Below are positions 37,991-47,588 of a stretch of 64,000 nucleotides of DNA, in pieces. The position numbers and the translations under genes are program-made. The notes under the pieces are model-generated. The model had not been told where the DNA came from, did not search any database, and saw nothing but the letters and a program-made list of their open reading frames with translations. The stretch comes from Escherichia coli. Its GTDB lineage: Bacteria; Bacillota_I; Bacilli_A; RFN20; CAG-826. Numbering within the stretch: the stretch's first letter is position 1; the number at the start of each line of letters is the position of its first letter. The stretch lies in contig CAVGNR010000010.1 of NCBI GenBank assembly GCA_963630675.1, positions 15,685 through 79,684 on the forward strand. The letters are read 5' to 3'.

Positions 37991-39397
37991 ATGGCCGAGA
38001 ATATTCAGACAACAAAGGAAAAAAAGAAGACCAAGAAATCTTATGCGATTTCTTTTGCTTTAGTGGCCGTTTTAACAATCGCTACCCTCTTTATTTCTCT
38101 CTATGGTGCTGGAGAAGGAGATTTTGTTTTAGGCGCAAAACAAATATGGAACGCCTTAATCACCTGTTCACCGCTTTATTTGGCTGTTATCGCCTTGGTG
38201 ATGATTCTAACTTATTTCATTGAAGCACTTGTCATGGTGGTTTTCTGCCGTCTTTATACCCGTCATTATTATTTTCACCAAGGTTTAGCGAATTCTTTTA
38301 TCGGAGCTTTTTATAATAACGTCACACCTGGTGCTTCAGGGGGACAGGTGATGCAAGTCTATACCTTGAAAAAGCAAGGTATTGAAGTTTCTAATGCCGC
38401 TTCGATTATGGTCATGTGGTTTATTATTTATCAAATGGCGTTAATTTCTTTTGACGTTCTTGCCATCATTTTCGAATGGAATGCTATCTCTTCCATCGGT
38501 TCATTTAAGATTCCTAATGTTGATTTGTTTGGCTGGGATGGAACAGTTACTCTTCTTCCTCTTATCGTTATCGGCTTTGTTTTGAATTTAGGCGTTATTG
38601 TCGTTCTTTTCTTAATGAGCTATTCCCATCATTTCCATAACTTCATCATGCATTATATCGTTGGTTTCTTAGGAAAGATTCATATCTTAAAGAACCCAGA
38701 TAGAACAAGAGAAAACCTTCGTGTTCAAGTAGAGAACTTCAAAATAGAATTACGTCGTCTTCAATCAAATATTCCTGTCACCGTTTTTATTTATCTATGC
38801 CTTCTTTTGGTTTTAGTTCTTCGTTTTTCCATCCCTTATTTTTCTGGTCTTGCCTTAGGCGCTTTCGGACCGAATGAAGGATTTGATATCCGCATGTTTT
38901 TTGATTGCGCTTTCCGAAGTGCCTTTCACCAAATGATCACGGGTTTGATTCCTTTACCAGGTTCAGCGGGTGTTTCCGAACTCTTCTTCAATGCTGTTTT
39001 CAATGGCTTTTATGTCGAAACACAAGCAGTGGTTAACGGTTCCTTGGTAATTACAAGAAACGCTTCATCGAATATTGTTGCTGCACAGATCCTTTGGCGT
39101 GTTGCGACCTACCACCTTTTGGTAATTGTTTCTGGCTTTGTCGCTTCTTTATACCATTCTCGTCCGAGAGAGAATTATTCCTACGCCAACCGTCAGACTT
39201 TTGTTAATCTTCAATTAGACACCTATGAAGAAAGAAGGCATTCTGTGGAAACCATGTTTGAGACAAGGCAACTTTCTCGCTCCTCTATAAGAAAGAAGGT
39301 CGTTTCGAATGTCCTTATGAAAGATTTTGGGCAAGAAACGGGGGATGATTATATCGTGACGAATTTGCCGAGTAAGAAAAAGAGGAAAGACGAATGA
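37991..39397 (+). CDS. UPF0104 / lysyl-phosphatidylglycerol-synthase-TM-like flippase-type membrane protein
   Basis: Polytopic protein with the NNVTPGASGGQVMQVY motif. It overlaps the downstream GT4 gene. Confidence 0.65.
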   Translation: MAENIQTTKEKKKTKKSYAISFALVAVLTIATLFISLYGAGEGDFVLGAKQIWNALITCSPLYLAVIALVMILTYFIEALVMVVFCRLYTRHYYFHQGLANSFIGAFYNNVTPGASGGQVMQVYTLKKQGIEVSNAASIMVMWFIIYQMALISFDVLAIIFEWNAISSIGSFKIPNVDLFGWDGTVTLLPLIVIGFVLNLGVIVVLFLMSYSHHFHNFIMHYIVGFLGKIHILKNPDRTRENLRVQVENFKIELRRLQSNIPVTVFIYLCLLLVLVLRFSIPYFSGLALGAFGPNEGFDIRMFFDCAFRSAFHQMITGLIPLPGSAGVSELFFNAVFNGFYVETQAVVNGSLVITRNASSNIVAAQILWRVATYHLLVIVSGFVASLYHSRPRENYSYANRQTFVNLQLDTYEERRHSVETMFETRQLSRSSIRKKVVSNVLMKDFGQETGDDYIVTNLPSKKKRKDE

Positions 39398-40566
39398 GAC
39401 CGATTATTTTTTCTGACACCTTTCCACCGGAAATTAACGGGGTTTCTACGTCTGCGGGAACTCTTTACCAGGCTTTTAAAAACCATGGGGAGAGTATCAT
39501 GGTTTGCACGACCAATTTCTATGGCAACGAAATGAATCTGGATGGAGATATCCTTCGCCTTCCTGGTGTTCGTATGAAAATCTACGATTATCGCTTGGCT
39601 GGCTTATATTCTCCAAAAGGAAAGAAACTTATTGCCGAATTTAAACCGGATGTCGTTCATATCCAAACCGATGCCGGGGTTGGTCAGTTTGGTTTCCTTA
39701 TTGCTAAACAACTGCATATACCGGTTGTCTATACCTTCCATACCGCTTTAGAGGACTACACCTATTATGCGACAAAAGGATATTTTGATCGTATCGCAAA
39801 AGGAGCGGTTCGTTCCTACGTCCGTTATAAATCCTCGGAAGCGACAGAATTTATCACTCCATCGATAAAAACGATGGAATATATGCGTTCTATTGGCGTT
39901 GACTCCTATATTAATGTCATTCCAACGGGAATTGATTTCTCTAAATTTGCTAAAGAGAACGTCGATTTCAATAAAGTTCAAGAGATTAAGAAAGCGGCTG
40001 GCATAAGCCCGGATACGTTTGTCATTCTCTCTTTAGGAAGAGTTGCTAAAGAAAAAAGTATCGATGTTTGTTTAAAAGGATATGCCCGATATCTATCCTC
40101 CTCGCCAAAAAGAAAGACGGTATTTGCCATTGTTGGTGGAGGGCCCGCATTAAATGAGCTCAAAGAGCTTGTTAAAGAACTTCATATTGAAGAACATGTT
40201 GTTTTCTTTGGCTCAGTAAAACCAACGGAAACCCCACTCTATTACCAAATTGGGGATCTTTTCGTGAGTGCCTCTATTACGGAGACGCAGGGTCTTACTT
40301 TCATGGAAGCAATGGCATCGAACGTTCTTCTTCTTGCTCGATATGACGATACCCTTCTAGGAACCATTCATGATGGAAAGAACGGCTTCTTTTTTCTTGA
40401 TGAAGAAGACATGGCTAAGAAGATGGATAGAATTATCTCTCTCCCTGAAAAAGAGAAAGAACGTATTCGTTTAGAAGCACTTAACGGCCTTTCTGATTAT
40501 TCCATTGATAAATTCTATGAACGTATAAAGAAAGTCTATGAAAGAGCCATTCAGAGGAACTGGTAA
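39394..40566 (+). CDS. GT4 glycosyltransferase, diacylglycerol glucosyltransferase-like (glycolipid synthase)
   Basis: N-terminal IIFSDTFPPEINGVSTS and the C-terminal ETQGLTFMEAMA (EX7E region). Confidence 0.75.
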   Translation: MRPIIFSDTFPPEINGVSTSAGTLYQAFKNHGESIMVCTTNFYGNEMNLDGDILRLPGVRMKIYDYRLAGLYSPKGKKLIAEFKPDVVHIQTDAGVGQFGFLIAKQLHIPVVYTFHTALEDYTYYATKGYFDRIAKGAVRSYVRYKSSEATEFITPSIKTMEYMRSIGVDSYINVIPTGIDFSKFAKENVDFNKVQEIKKAAGISPDTFVILSLGRVAKEKSIDVCLKGYARYLSSSPKRKTVFAIVGGGPALNELKELVKELHIEEHVVFFGSVKPTETPLYYQIGDLFVSASITETQGLTFMEAMASNVLLLARYDDTLLGTIHDGKNGFFFLDEEDMAKKMDRIISLPEKEKERIRLEALNGLSDYSIDKFYERIKKVYERAIQRNW

Positions 40567-40567
40567 G

Positions 40568-41350
40568 ATGGGGAAAAGAGTCACAAGCATTAAGGAAAAC
40601 AAAAAGAAAAAGACCTTTGAAGTATCTTTTGGCTTAGAAAAACTCACTTTATCTGAGGATGCTTTCACAGATTATCTTCTTTATGTTGGCAAAGAAATTA
40701 GCTCGTCCCTTTTTCTTCTAATGAAAAAGGAATCGGAATTAGAAGGAATATACGAATATGCGTTATCTCTTCTTAGCAAAGGTTCTTATAGTTCCTACGA
40801 AATCGAAGAGAAAATCAAAAAGAAACTCCCTGAAGGAGAAACTCCTTATCCTATCTTGAAACGTTTACGGATGAATCATCTGCTTAACGATGAGGAATAC
40901 GCCAAAGAATACAAAGAGGAAAAAGAGGAGCAAGGATACGGTTCTATCCGTATTCGCGACGATCTTTTGAAAAAGAAGAGGATTTCCTTAGATATCGTGG
41001 ATTCCCTTTCTTTCCAAAATGAAGAAGAGAAAGCCAAAGCCATTGCTTCATCAATGGAGAAAAGACTAGAGACATATCCTTTGAAACAAAAAAGAGAAAA
41101 AGCCATTTCTTGTCTTCTTAGACGTGGCTTCCCAATGGAGACTTGTCTTGAAGCAGTTTCTTCTTTCCGAGAAAACAAAGAAGAATCAAGAAAACGATTG
41201 GAAAGAGATTATTCTTTATTAAGAAAACGTTACGAAAAGAAATATTCGGGATATGCTTATAGGCAACATTTATTTGAAGGCCTTCTTCGAAGAGGATATA
41301 ACAAAGAAGATATTCAAGGAATAATGGAGGAAAATATATATGATGATTAA
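40568..41350 (+). CDS. recX: RecX-like regulatory protein
   Basis: Start at MGKRV just after the GT4 stop. It has repeated three-helix modules, and LNDEEYAKEY...GYGSIRIRDDLLKKKRIS is a RecX-type pattern. Confidence 0.6.
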   Translation: MGKRVTSIKENKKKKTFEVSFGLEKLTLSEDAFTDYLLYVGKEISSSLFLLMKKESELEGIYEYALSLLSKGSYSSYEIEEKIKKKLPEGETPYPILKRLRMNHLLNDEEYAKEYKEEKEEQGYGSIRIRDDLLKKKRISLDIVDSLSFQNEEEKAKAIASSMEKRLETYPLKQKREKAISCLLRRGFPMETCLEAVSSFRENKEESRKRLERDYSLLRKRYEKKYSGYAYRQHLFEGLLRRGYNKEDIQGIMEENIYDD

Positions 41351-42290
41351 AGATTTAAAAGATGGCGATCATATCGTCAGCCAATACCTCATCGTGAATT
41401 TTGCTAAATGCGTGACTACGGCTGGGAAAAACTATTTGAATTTAACATTACAAGATTCTACTGGCAGTATCGATGGTAAGAAATGGGATGTGAATGAAGA
41501 AGATTTAGATACCTTCTTACCAGGAAATATTGTTTCCATTGAAGGGGATGTGCTCAATTATCGTGACCATCTTCAAATGAAAATTCTTTCGGGAAAGAAG
41601 CTTGAGCAAGACCAAATTGATGTGACTCGTTTTGTACCAGCTGCCCCCGTTCCAGAAAAAGTCTTAGAAGAAAAACTTAATGCCTATATCGATTCCTTAA
41701 AAGATTCGGATTTAAAAACCATCACCAAATACTTGATTCAAAAATACCATGATTGTTATGTTTCCTATCCAGCCGCGGTAAGAAACCATCATAATTTTGC
41801 TTCAGGTCTTCTTTACCACTCTATTTCGATGGCGGACATGGCGGAAAAAGTCTGCACCCTTTATCCGGAAATCAACCGTGATTTCGTTATTGCAGGGGCT
41901 TTAATCCATGACTTAGGAAAGACATTGGAATTATCCGGTCCTATTGCAACAAAATACACCCTTGAAGGAAAACTTCTTGGTCATATTTCCATTATGGTCG
42001 CAGAGATCCGTATGGCAGCTAAAGAATTACATACTGATGGAGAAACCCCGTTGTTATTAGAACATATGATTCTTTCCCACCATAGCAAGCCTGAATTTGG
42101 CTCACCCGTTCCTCCATTAACCAGAGAGGCTTTTGTTCTTGCTTCTATCGATGATTTTGATGCCAAAATGAATATCATCTCGAAAGCGGAGGAAAACCTT
42201 AAACCAGGAGAATGGACAGAAAAAGTCTTCGCGATGGATAATCGCGCTTTCTATATTCCTGAATACAAGCAAAATCCAAACGACAAATAA
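41340..42290 (+). CDS. yhaM: 3'-5' exoribonuclease YhaM (OB-fold plus HD domain)
   Basis: N-terminal OB-fold region (NYLNLTLQDSTGSIDGKKWD) and HD domain (HHNFASGLLYHS, IHDLGK). Confidence 0.85.
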   Translation: MMIKDLKDGDHIVSQYLIVNFAKCVTTAGKNYLNLTLQDSTGSIDGKKWDVNEEDLDTFLPGNIVSIEGDVLNYRDHLQMKILSGKKLEQDQIDVTRFVPAAPVPEKVLEEKLNAYIDSLKDSDLKTITKYLIQKYHDCYVSYPAAVRNHHNFASGLLYHSISMADMAEKVCTLYPEINRDFVIAGALIHDLGKTLELSGPIATKYTLEGKLLGHISIMVAEIRMAAKELHTDGETPLLLEHMILSHHSKPEFGSPVPPLTREAFVLASIDDFDAKMNIISKAEENLKPGEWTEKVFAMDNRAFYIPEYKQNPNDK

Positions 42291-42309
42291 GAATCCCCCT
42301 TCTTAAAAA

Positions 42310-42333
42310 GGCTCTCCAAAATCTAATGGGGAT
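42310..42333. repeat. left terminal inverted repeat GGCTCTCCAAAATCTAATGGGGAT
   Basis: Exact reverse complement of 43794-43817. Similarity continues inward at about 75% for about 20 more bp, including a small hairpin. Confidence 0.9.
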
Positions 42334-42647
42334 AGCGATTTTTGCCATCCCCATTAAAAGCTACAAAGCCTCTTTTGCCTACAAGTTGATATTCTGCTCT
42401 CTTAGAGCAATTAATACATACGAAAAGGTGATAATTAAGATTGGAGAAGTTCTTTTCATCGACGATAGCAATCAGATCCATGACACTTGATAGAGCAAAA
42501 AGAAATAAAGGAGAGACTTTTGATTCAGTTTATGATTCGAGAGCTTTTTGTTTATATAAAACTTTTGGCAAGATTACCGATTTTATTCTCGTAATTCATT
42601 GACTATTCTCGTAAAAAGCACTATAAAATACGAGAAAAGAGTTAAAA

Positions 42648-43697
42648 ATGAGAGAATTCGATTATAAAAAATTTGTAAATTGTAAATGGGATAACGCAAT
42701 CATCGAGTACCTTGTCAAAATTCACGAGATGAAAGGCAGGCAAGAGTTATACCTTTCTCAAAAGAAATTGGAACTTGACAGGCTTGTTGAAATTGCAAAG
42801 ATTCAAAGCACGGAAGCTAGCAATGCGATTGAGGGTATCGGAACAACGGAAACAAGGCTAAAGCAATTGATTTTACAAAAGACGGCACCGAGAAACCGAA
42901 ACGAAAAAGAGATTGCTGGATATCGTGACGCACTTGCCACAATTCATGAGAGTTTTGAGTATATTCCGATAACTCCGAACTATATTTTGCAACTTCACAA
43001 GATATTGTTTTCCCACAATACTGAGGCGACTTTCGGAGGTTGTTTCAAGAACTCGCAGAATGAGATTTCCGCTATAGACGAAAAAGGGAATAAGGCCGTT
43101 TTGTTTGTGCCGCCTGATCCGTTTGAAACACCGATAGCGATAGAAAATCTTTGCAAAACATTCAACGAAGTAATGGAAGATGGGCGCGTGGACCCGCTCT
43201 TGCTGATACCTATCTTCATACACGATTTTCTTTGCATTCACCCTTTCCGTGACGGCAATGGCAGGATGAGTAGACTTCTGACAACGTTGCTTTTGTATCG
43301 CTCGGGATATTTTGTTGGCAAGTATATATCGCTTGAAAGCAAAATCGCAAAATATAAGGATCTGTATTACGACGCATTATATGACAGCCAAATCAATTGG
43401 CGTGAGGGGGAAGACGATCCGACTCCCTTCATAAAATATATGCTTATGACGATTTATTCCGCATATAACGATTTTGAAGAAAGACTGAGCCTTGTCGGCA
43501 AGAAGAAAACGGCAACGGAACTTGTCGAAAGTGCATTCGAAGCTAAAATCGGAAAACTTACGAAATCTGACATTGCAGAGCTTTGCCCGACGATTTCCGT
43601 CAGTGCGGTTGAAAAAGCGATAGCGGCCTTGATAAAGAATGGAAAAGTCAAAAAATACGGCCAGGGCAAAAACACGTATTACGTGCTACTAAAATAA
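42648..43697 (+). CDS. Fic-family protein (class II, N-terminal inhibitory helix, C-terminal wHTH)
   Basis: HPFRDGNGRMSRLL active-site motif, inhibitory SNAIEG ((S/T)xxxE(G/N)), and a C-terminal winged-helix-like tail. Confidence 0.9.
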   Translation: MREFDYKKFVNCKWDNAIIEYLVKIHEMKGRQELYLSQKKLELDRLVEIAKIQSTEASNAIEGIGTTETRLKQLILQKTAPRNRNEKEIAGYRDALATIHESFEYIPITPNYILQLHKILFSHNTEATFGGCFKNSQNEISAIDEKGNKAVLFVPPDPFETPIAIENLCKTFNEVMEDGRVDPLLLIPIFIHDFLCIHPFRDGNGRMSRLLTTLLLYRSGYFVGKYISLESKIAKYKDLYYDALYDSQINWREGEDDPTPFIKYMLMTIYSAYNDFEERLSLVGKKKTATELVESAFEAKIGKLTKSDIAELCPTISVSAVEKAIAALIKNGKVKKYGQGKNTYYVLLK

Positions 43698-43793
43698 TTA
43701 TTCTCATAAAAACATAATAAAATTACGAGAAAGCGAAATAATGAGAGAAAGCATTTAGGTTATCCAAAAATCGATGGGGGTAACGAAAAATCC

Positions 43794-43817
43794 ATCCCCA
43801 TTAGATTTTGGAGAGCC
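43794..43817. repeat. right terminal inverted repeat ATCCCCATTAGATTTTGGAGAGCC
   Basis: 24/24 reverse complement of 42310-42333. Confidence 0.9.
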
Positions 43818-43826
43818 CTTAAAAAT

Positions 43827-43861
43827 AAGGATGTTCCCTTGATAAGATAAGGAACATCCTT
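43827..43861 (-). terminator. terminator hairpin downstream of the LacI-family gene
   Basis: AAGGATGTTCC...GGAACATCCTT 11-bp stem with T-runs on both strands. Confidence 0.7.
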
Positions 43862-43863
43862 TT

Positions 43864-44892
43864 TCATTTTGAAGTGTTGTTGGTGTTTTTAAGGGGACCC
43901 GTTGATTCTCCTTTAATGAAGCTTGCTTCGACTTTGATTAAGCGTTTAGGGGAATTCTTATTCTCCATCTGCCTGATTAATTCGTCAGCAAGGCTTCGAC
44001 CGATTGCTTTCGTGTCTTGCTTTATCGTTGTGATAGTAGGGCAGACAATTTGCGAGAAAATGGTTCCATCAAATCCCGTTATTGAAATATCCTCTGGGAT
44101 AGATAAGCCCATTTCTTTGAGGGTTTTCATTCCTTCGACCGCACTTAAATCGTCAGGGAACATGATGGCTGTCGGTGGAACGATTCTTCTGAGAATATCG
44201 CGTGTTAGATTTTTGACTTTGGCGTTGTCTAGATAATCGCTTTGGACAAAAGAACGTTCATTAAATGGGATGTTTCTTTCCTTGAAAGCGTCTTTGAATC
44301 CTCTCATTCTTTCTCTTGTAACAAAAGAGTCTTCACCATGGATAAAGACGATATTTCTATGACCTAAAGAGATTAAATGAAGAGTTAGCTCTTTCATTTT
44401 TTCGTAGTTATCAATGGAAACCCCAGACATTTTATCGCCAATATAGTCAAAGGCAACGGAAGGTATTTCACTATCGATCACCTCTCTGATTTCAGGGGAA
44501 TTTAGATCGCCGAAAAGCAAAGCCCCAGCAACATCTCTTGAGACACAATTCTCATAATAGCTGCCCTCTTGTCCTGCAACGTTTGAGGAGACGAAAAGAA
44601 GATCATAGTTTTTTGCGTTCATCTCTTGTTGGAAGGAATCTAGAATTTCGGTGAATAGTGGATGTTTAAAAGGGGAAACGTCCATTCTTAAATAGGCTAA
44701 AACACCCACATTGTAGGAATGGCCTTTGGAGAGAGCTTTTGCGCCTGTGTTAGGGATGTAATTAAGCTCACTCATCGCCTTTCTTACTTTTTTCTTGGTG
44801 TCTTCAGGAATGGAGCTGTAGTTGTTTACAACTTTAGAGACTGTCGAAGGAGACACTCCCGCTTTGATTGCAATGTCATAAATCGTTATCAT
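43864..44892 (-). CDS. LacI-family transcriptional regulator
   Basis: Start MITIYDIAIKAGVSPSTVSKVVNN (HTH_LacI) with RBS GGAGGAG. ATGA overlap with the upstream GH30 stop. Confidence 0.9.
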   Translation of the reverse strand: MITIYDIAIKAGVSPSTVSKVVNNYSSIPEDTKKKVRKAMSELNYIPNTGAKALSKGHSYNVGVLAYLRMDVSPFKHPLFTEILDSFQQEMNAKNYDLLFVSSNVAGQEGSYYENCVSRDVAGALLFGDLNSPEIREVIDSEIPSVAFDYIGDKMSGVSIDNYEKMKELTLHLISLGHRNIVFIHGEDSFVTRERMRGFKDAFKERNIPFNERSFVQSDYLDNAKVKNLTRDILRRIVPPTAIMFPDDLSAVEGMKTLKEMGLSIPEDISITGFDGTIFSQIVCPTITTIKQDTKAIGRSLADELIRQMENKNSPKRLIKVEASFIKGESTGPLKNTNNTSK

Positions 44893-46154
44893 TCGTTCTC
44901 CTCCCAAACAGTAATTGTTTCTTTTGGTTCTAAAAGATAATTCAAACCAATTTCATTAATAGTGATTATCGCATTATTTTTACGATTGTTCGACATGGTT
45001 GTGGCTATTTTCCCAAATTCATCAACGCTTGAAGCAATGAGTATATCCTGTAATTCATTCGTTTCCATGTACGTTTTGTTTTTCTTTACGACTTTGCTTA
45101 GATGTTTTAAAGCGTAGTATGAAGGATTGATGAAGATCTTATTTCCCTTTCGCATTATAGGGGCTTCGCAATAATTGCCTACATGGTTAGGACCGCCTTT
45201 ATCATCCAGGAGAATGTTCCAATCAATAAATCCGTTTGACCCATATAGTAGATCTTTAACATGATCCTGATAATATCTTTCAAATGATGCGTATCTTCCA
45301 ACGAGTTCATCTTCTTTTTTATCTAGGAGAAGAAGTTCTACGCAGGCTTCGGTTTGAAGGAGAAGCTTATTTTTATGTCTTTCCCTTACTTTAGCTAATT
45401 CTTCATGCTTGTCGCCATCATACCAATGATAAGCAAATCCAGCGCACATCTTAAGGACTTCATCTTTGTAATTAGATGCTCTTCTAAGCATCACGTCTCG
45501 GTTATGATCCCATAAAAGAAGGTTTAGTTCTGGGCATAGTTTTTTGATTTTTAAGGCAAGCTTTCCTTCTTCCTTTTCATCCATTAAGCAGGACTCCCAA
45601 ACTTGTTTTGCTTCAGGTTCGTTTTGTGGGGAGAGGTATTGGATGTCATACCCTCTTTTTAGAAGGGCTTTTGTGACAGAAACGTAATATCTAGCGCATT
45701 CATCAAGATTTTCTTCCTTTAAATGCCCTCCGTGTTCTTTAGAAAGATTGTCTTTCCATTTGGCTAAAGGAGACCAAGAAGATAGTAAGATATCCTGATG
45801 ATTCATCTTGTTTGCCTCATCTAAGAGGGAAAGAACATCCTCCTCGTTCTTTAAATCAATTTCGCCATGCTCATTTATATCATCATATATATAGGGAGAA
45901 AAATCGTTGCTGCCAATGGATAATCTTGAAAGGTTATAATCCAGCCCATTAGATGAATAATACAAGTTCAAGATGAGCTTTTTATTCTCTTCATCAAGTA
46001 AGGCGTAGTTGTAAGCGCTGGATTTGGTTATTGCCCCACCTAAACCTAGTAAAATCTGTTTCTTCTTTTTAAAAATGATGGGTTCTCCTTCGATATCTAT
46101 TGGTCGTTTTTCTTTCCAATAAGAACCTTTTTTGCTTGCGTATGCCTTAATCAT
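44889..46154 (-). CDS. glycoside hydrolase family 30-like (glucosylceramidase / beta-1,6-glucanase type), cytoplasmic
   Basis: N-terminal GLGGAITKSSAYNYALLDEE...LSRLSIGSNDFS pattern typical of GH30. No signal peptide. Confidence 0.65.
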   Translation of the reverse strand: MIKAYASKKGSYWKEKRPIDIEGEPIIFKKKKQILLGLGGAITKSSAYNYALLDEENKKLILNLYYSSNGLDYNLSRLSIGSNDFSPYIYDDINEHGEIDLKNEEDVLSLLDEANKMNHQDILLSSWSPLAKWKDNLSKEHGGHLKEENLDECARYYVSVTKALLKRGYDIQYLSPQNEPEAKQVWESCLMDEKEEGKLALKIKKLCPELNLLLWDHNRDVMLRRASNYKDEVLKMCAGFAYHWYDGDKHEELAKVRERHKNKLLLQTEACVELLLLDKKEDELVGRYASFERYYQDHVKDLLYGSNGFIDWNILLDDKGGPNHVGNYCEAPIMRKGNKIFINPSYYALKHLSKVVKKNKTYMETNELQDILIASSVDEFGKIATTMSNNRKNNAIITINEIGLNYLLEPKETITVWEENE

Positions 46155-46944
46155 TTTTTAACCCCTTCCTATACATTTCTGGGTAGTCTTTGTTAAGTGT
46201 TAAATCAAAGAAATAATCACTCGATAAAACCATGATCAATTCCCCGAAAACGAGGTAGAAGAATGCTTCCAGGAAAAGAAGAACCATTTGGGATTCATAC
46301 AAAGGAATGGCCTCAAAAAGAAGCAGAGGAAGATAGGCGAATAATGCGATTCCGATGGATACGTGTGGTTTTCCAAAGGTGAAAATCAAGGAATTCTTAA
46401 GATGAGTCAAAAAGCTTCCTTTGTAGGTAAGTGACTCAATATTGCTTCTTAAAAAGACAAAGAGGAAAAAGAAATACAGGACATACATTACTGCCGTGAA
46501 AACAACCCTAAGATATCCATTGATTTGCGTATCACTAGAGAAATAACCGACACTAACTCTAAGTAAGAAGGAAATCATCCAAATACAAGTGAATGAAAGA
46601 AGATATTCTTTGAAATTCTTGCTTATTCCTTCAAAGAATGTAGAGAGAAAACTTACCCCTTCGTTGTAGATTTGCTTTTGCAAATAATAATCCAATCCTG
46701 CAAAGCCTAGCGAAGCAAAAAGAAAAAGAGGAAGGGCAATAAGATACGTATATAGCGTTTTATAAAACAATAAACCGTCAAATAGATCAGCATAGGAAGA
46801 AAAGAAAAACCAAACAAAGAGAGGAATGACGAATATGGAAGTGAACAAAGAGAAAAAGAAATAATTCAAAACGTTTTCTTTAAGCAGTATTTTGAATTGT
46901 TCTCTTCTGTTTTTAGGTAAAAGAATGTTGTTTTCTTTCATCAT
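46147..46944 (-). CDS. YesL/DUF624-like integral membrane protein
   Basis: About 6 TM helices. Start at ATGATGA, overlapping the upstream stop, with RBS GAGAGG. This family often accompanies sugar ABC or GH operons. Confidence 0.5.
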   Translation of the reverse strand: MMKENNILLPKNRREQFKILLKENVLNYFFFSLFTSIFVIPLFVWFFFSSYADLFDGLLFYKTLYTYLIALPLFLFASLGFAGLDYYLQKQIYNEGVSFLSTFFEGISKNFKEYLLSFTCIWMISFLLRVSVGYFSSDTQINGYLRVVFTAVMYVLYFFFLFVFLRSNIESLTYKGSFLTHLKNSLIFTFGKPHVSIGIALFAYLPLLLFEAIPLYESQMVLLFLEAFFYLVFGELIMVLSSDYFFDLTLNKDYPEMYRKGLKND

Positions 46945-47588
46945 CTGTACCTCTCTATAAAAAACGGTAAACATTTCTTTGCGTTTTGAGTTAATGAAGA
47001 AGAAAGATAATCACCCCAATTTGGTGTTTTTGAGTTCAATAACATATACACGGGTTCGCTATCTTCAAAAGAAACGAAGTTTTCGATTTGAGAAAGTCTA
47101 CTGCCATTTGGGTTGTATATTTCAAAAGCGTAATCCAACCCATTAACATTATAAAAAACATCGTTTTCCATGCATTTCGCATCTTCTTTGATTTTATTTG
47201 ACCAGGGTAAAAAAGAAGAAGTGACTCCTTCTAAAGCATCTTTGAACATTTCATTTAAATCAGATTCATAAAGGAAGATAAAGTCGCTTTCCTCCCCAAA
47301 ACGTTCGTAATAGGAAACAAGATAATTATCTTTTGGCGAATAACAATGAATATTCACCTCATAGCAGCCATCATCCTTTAACAAAGAGTGAATATCGTTT
47401 TCTAAAGAATCGTCATTGAACGTATAACCGGTAATGAAGAAATTGATTTGCTCATCACTTCGCACTTCATTGATAGCGTTTAGAGGGTAATACCAAAGAA
47501 GATAGGAAAGGAAGGGGACGATTAAAAACAAATAGCCGTAATTTATAAAGAAGTTACGAAAAGAGCCTTTCTTTAGAGGAGTCTTCAT
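46941..47588 (-). CDS. hypothetical N-terminally anchored protein
   Basis: 215-aa ORF with one TM. It is translationally coupled on both sides. Confidence 0.5.
   Translation of the reverse strand: MKTPLKKGSFRNFFINYGYLFLIVPFLSYLLWYYPLNAINEVRSDEQINFFITGYTFNDDSLENDIHSLLKDDGCYEVNIHCYSPKDNYLVSYYERFGEESDFIFLYESDLNEMFKDALEGVTSSFLPWSNKIKEDAKCMENDVFYNVNGLDYAFEIYNPNGSRLSQIENFVSFEDSEPVYMLLNSKTPNWGDYLSSSLTQNAKKCLPFFIERYR

Larger units (their letters stand above)
42310..43817. mobile_element. 1,508-bp non-autonomous TIR/TSD element carrying a Fic gene
   Basis: Perfect 24-bp terminal inverted repeats, flanked by the 8-bp direct duplication CTTAAAAA (42302-42309 and 43818-43825). No transposase ORF inside. 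Confidence 0.7.

Noticed and set aside
42323-42481. 52-aa minus-strand ORF ending inside the left inverted repeat of the Fic element as a transposase remnant
   Set aside because: The peptide (MDLIAIVDEKNFSNLNYHLFVCINCSKRAEYQLVGKRGFVAFNGDGKNRYPH) does not resemble the transposase C-termini I can recall, and it has no RBS. I left it unannotated.
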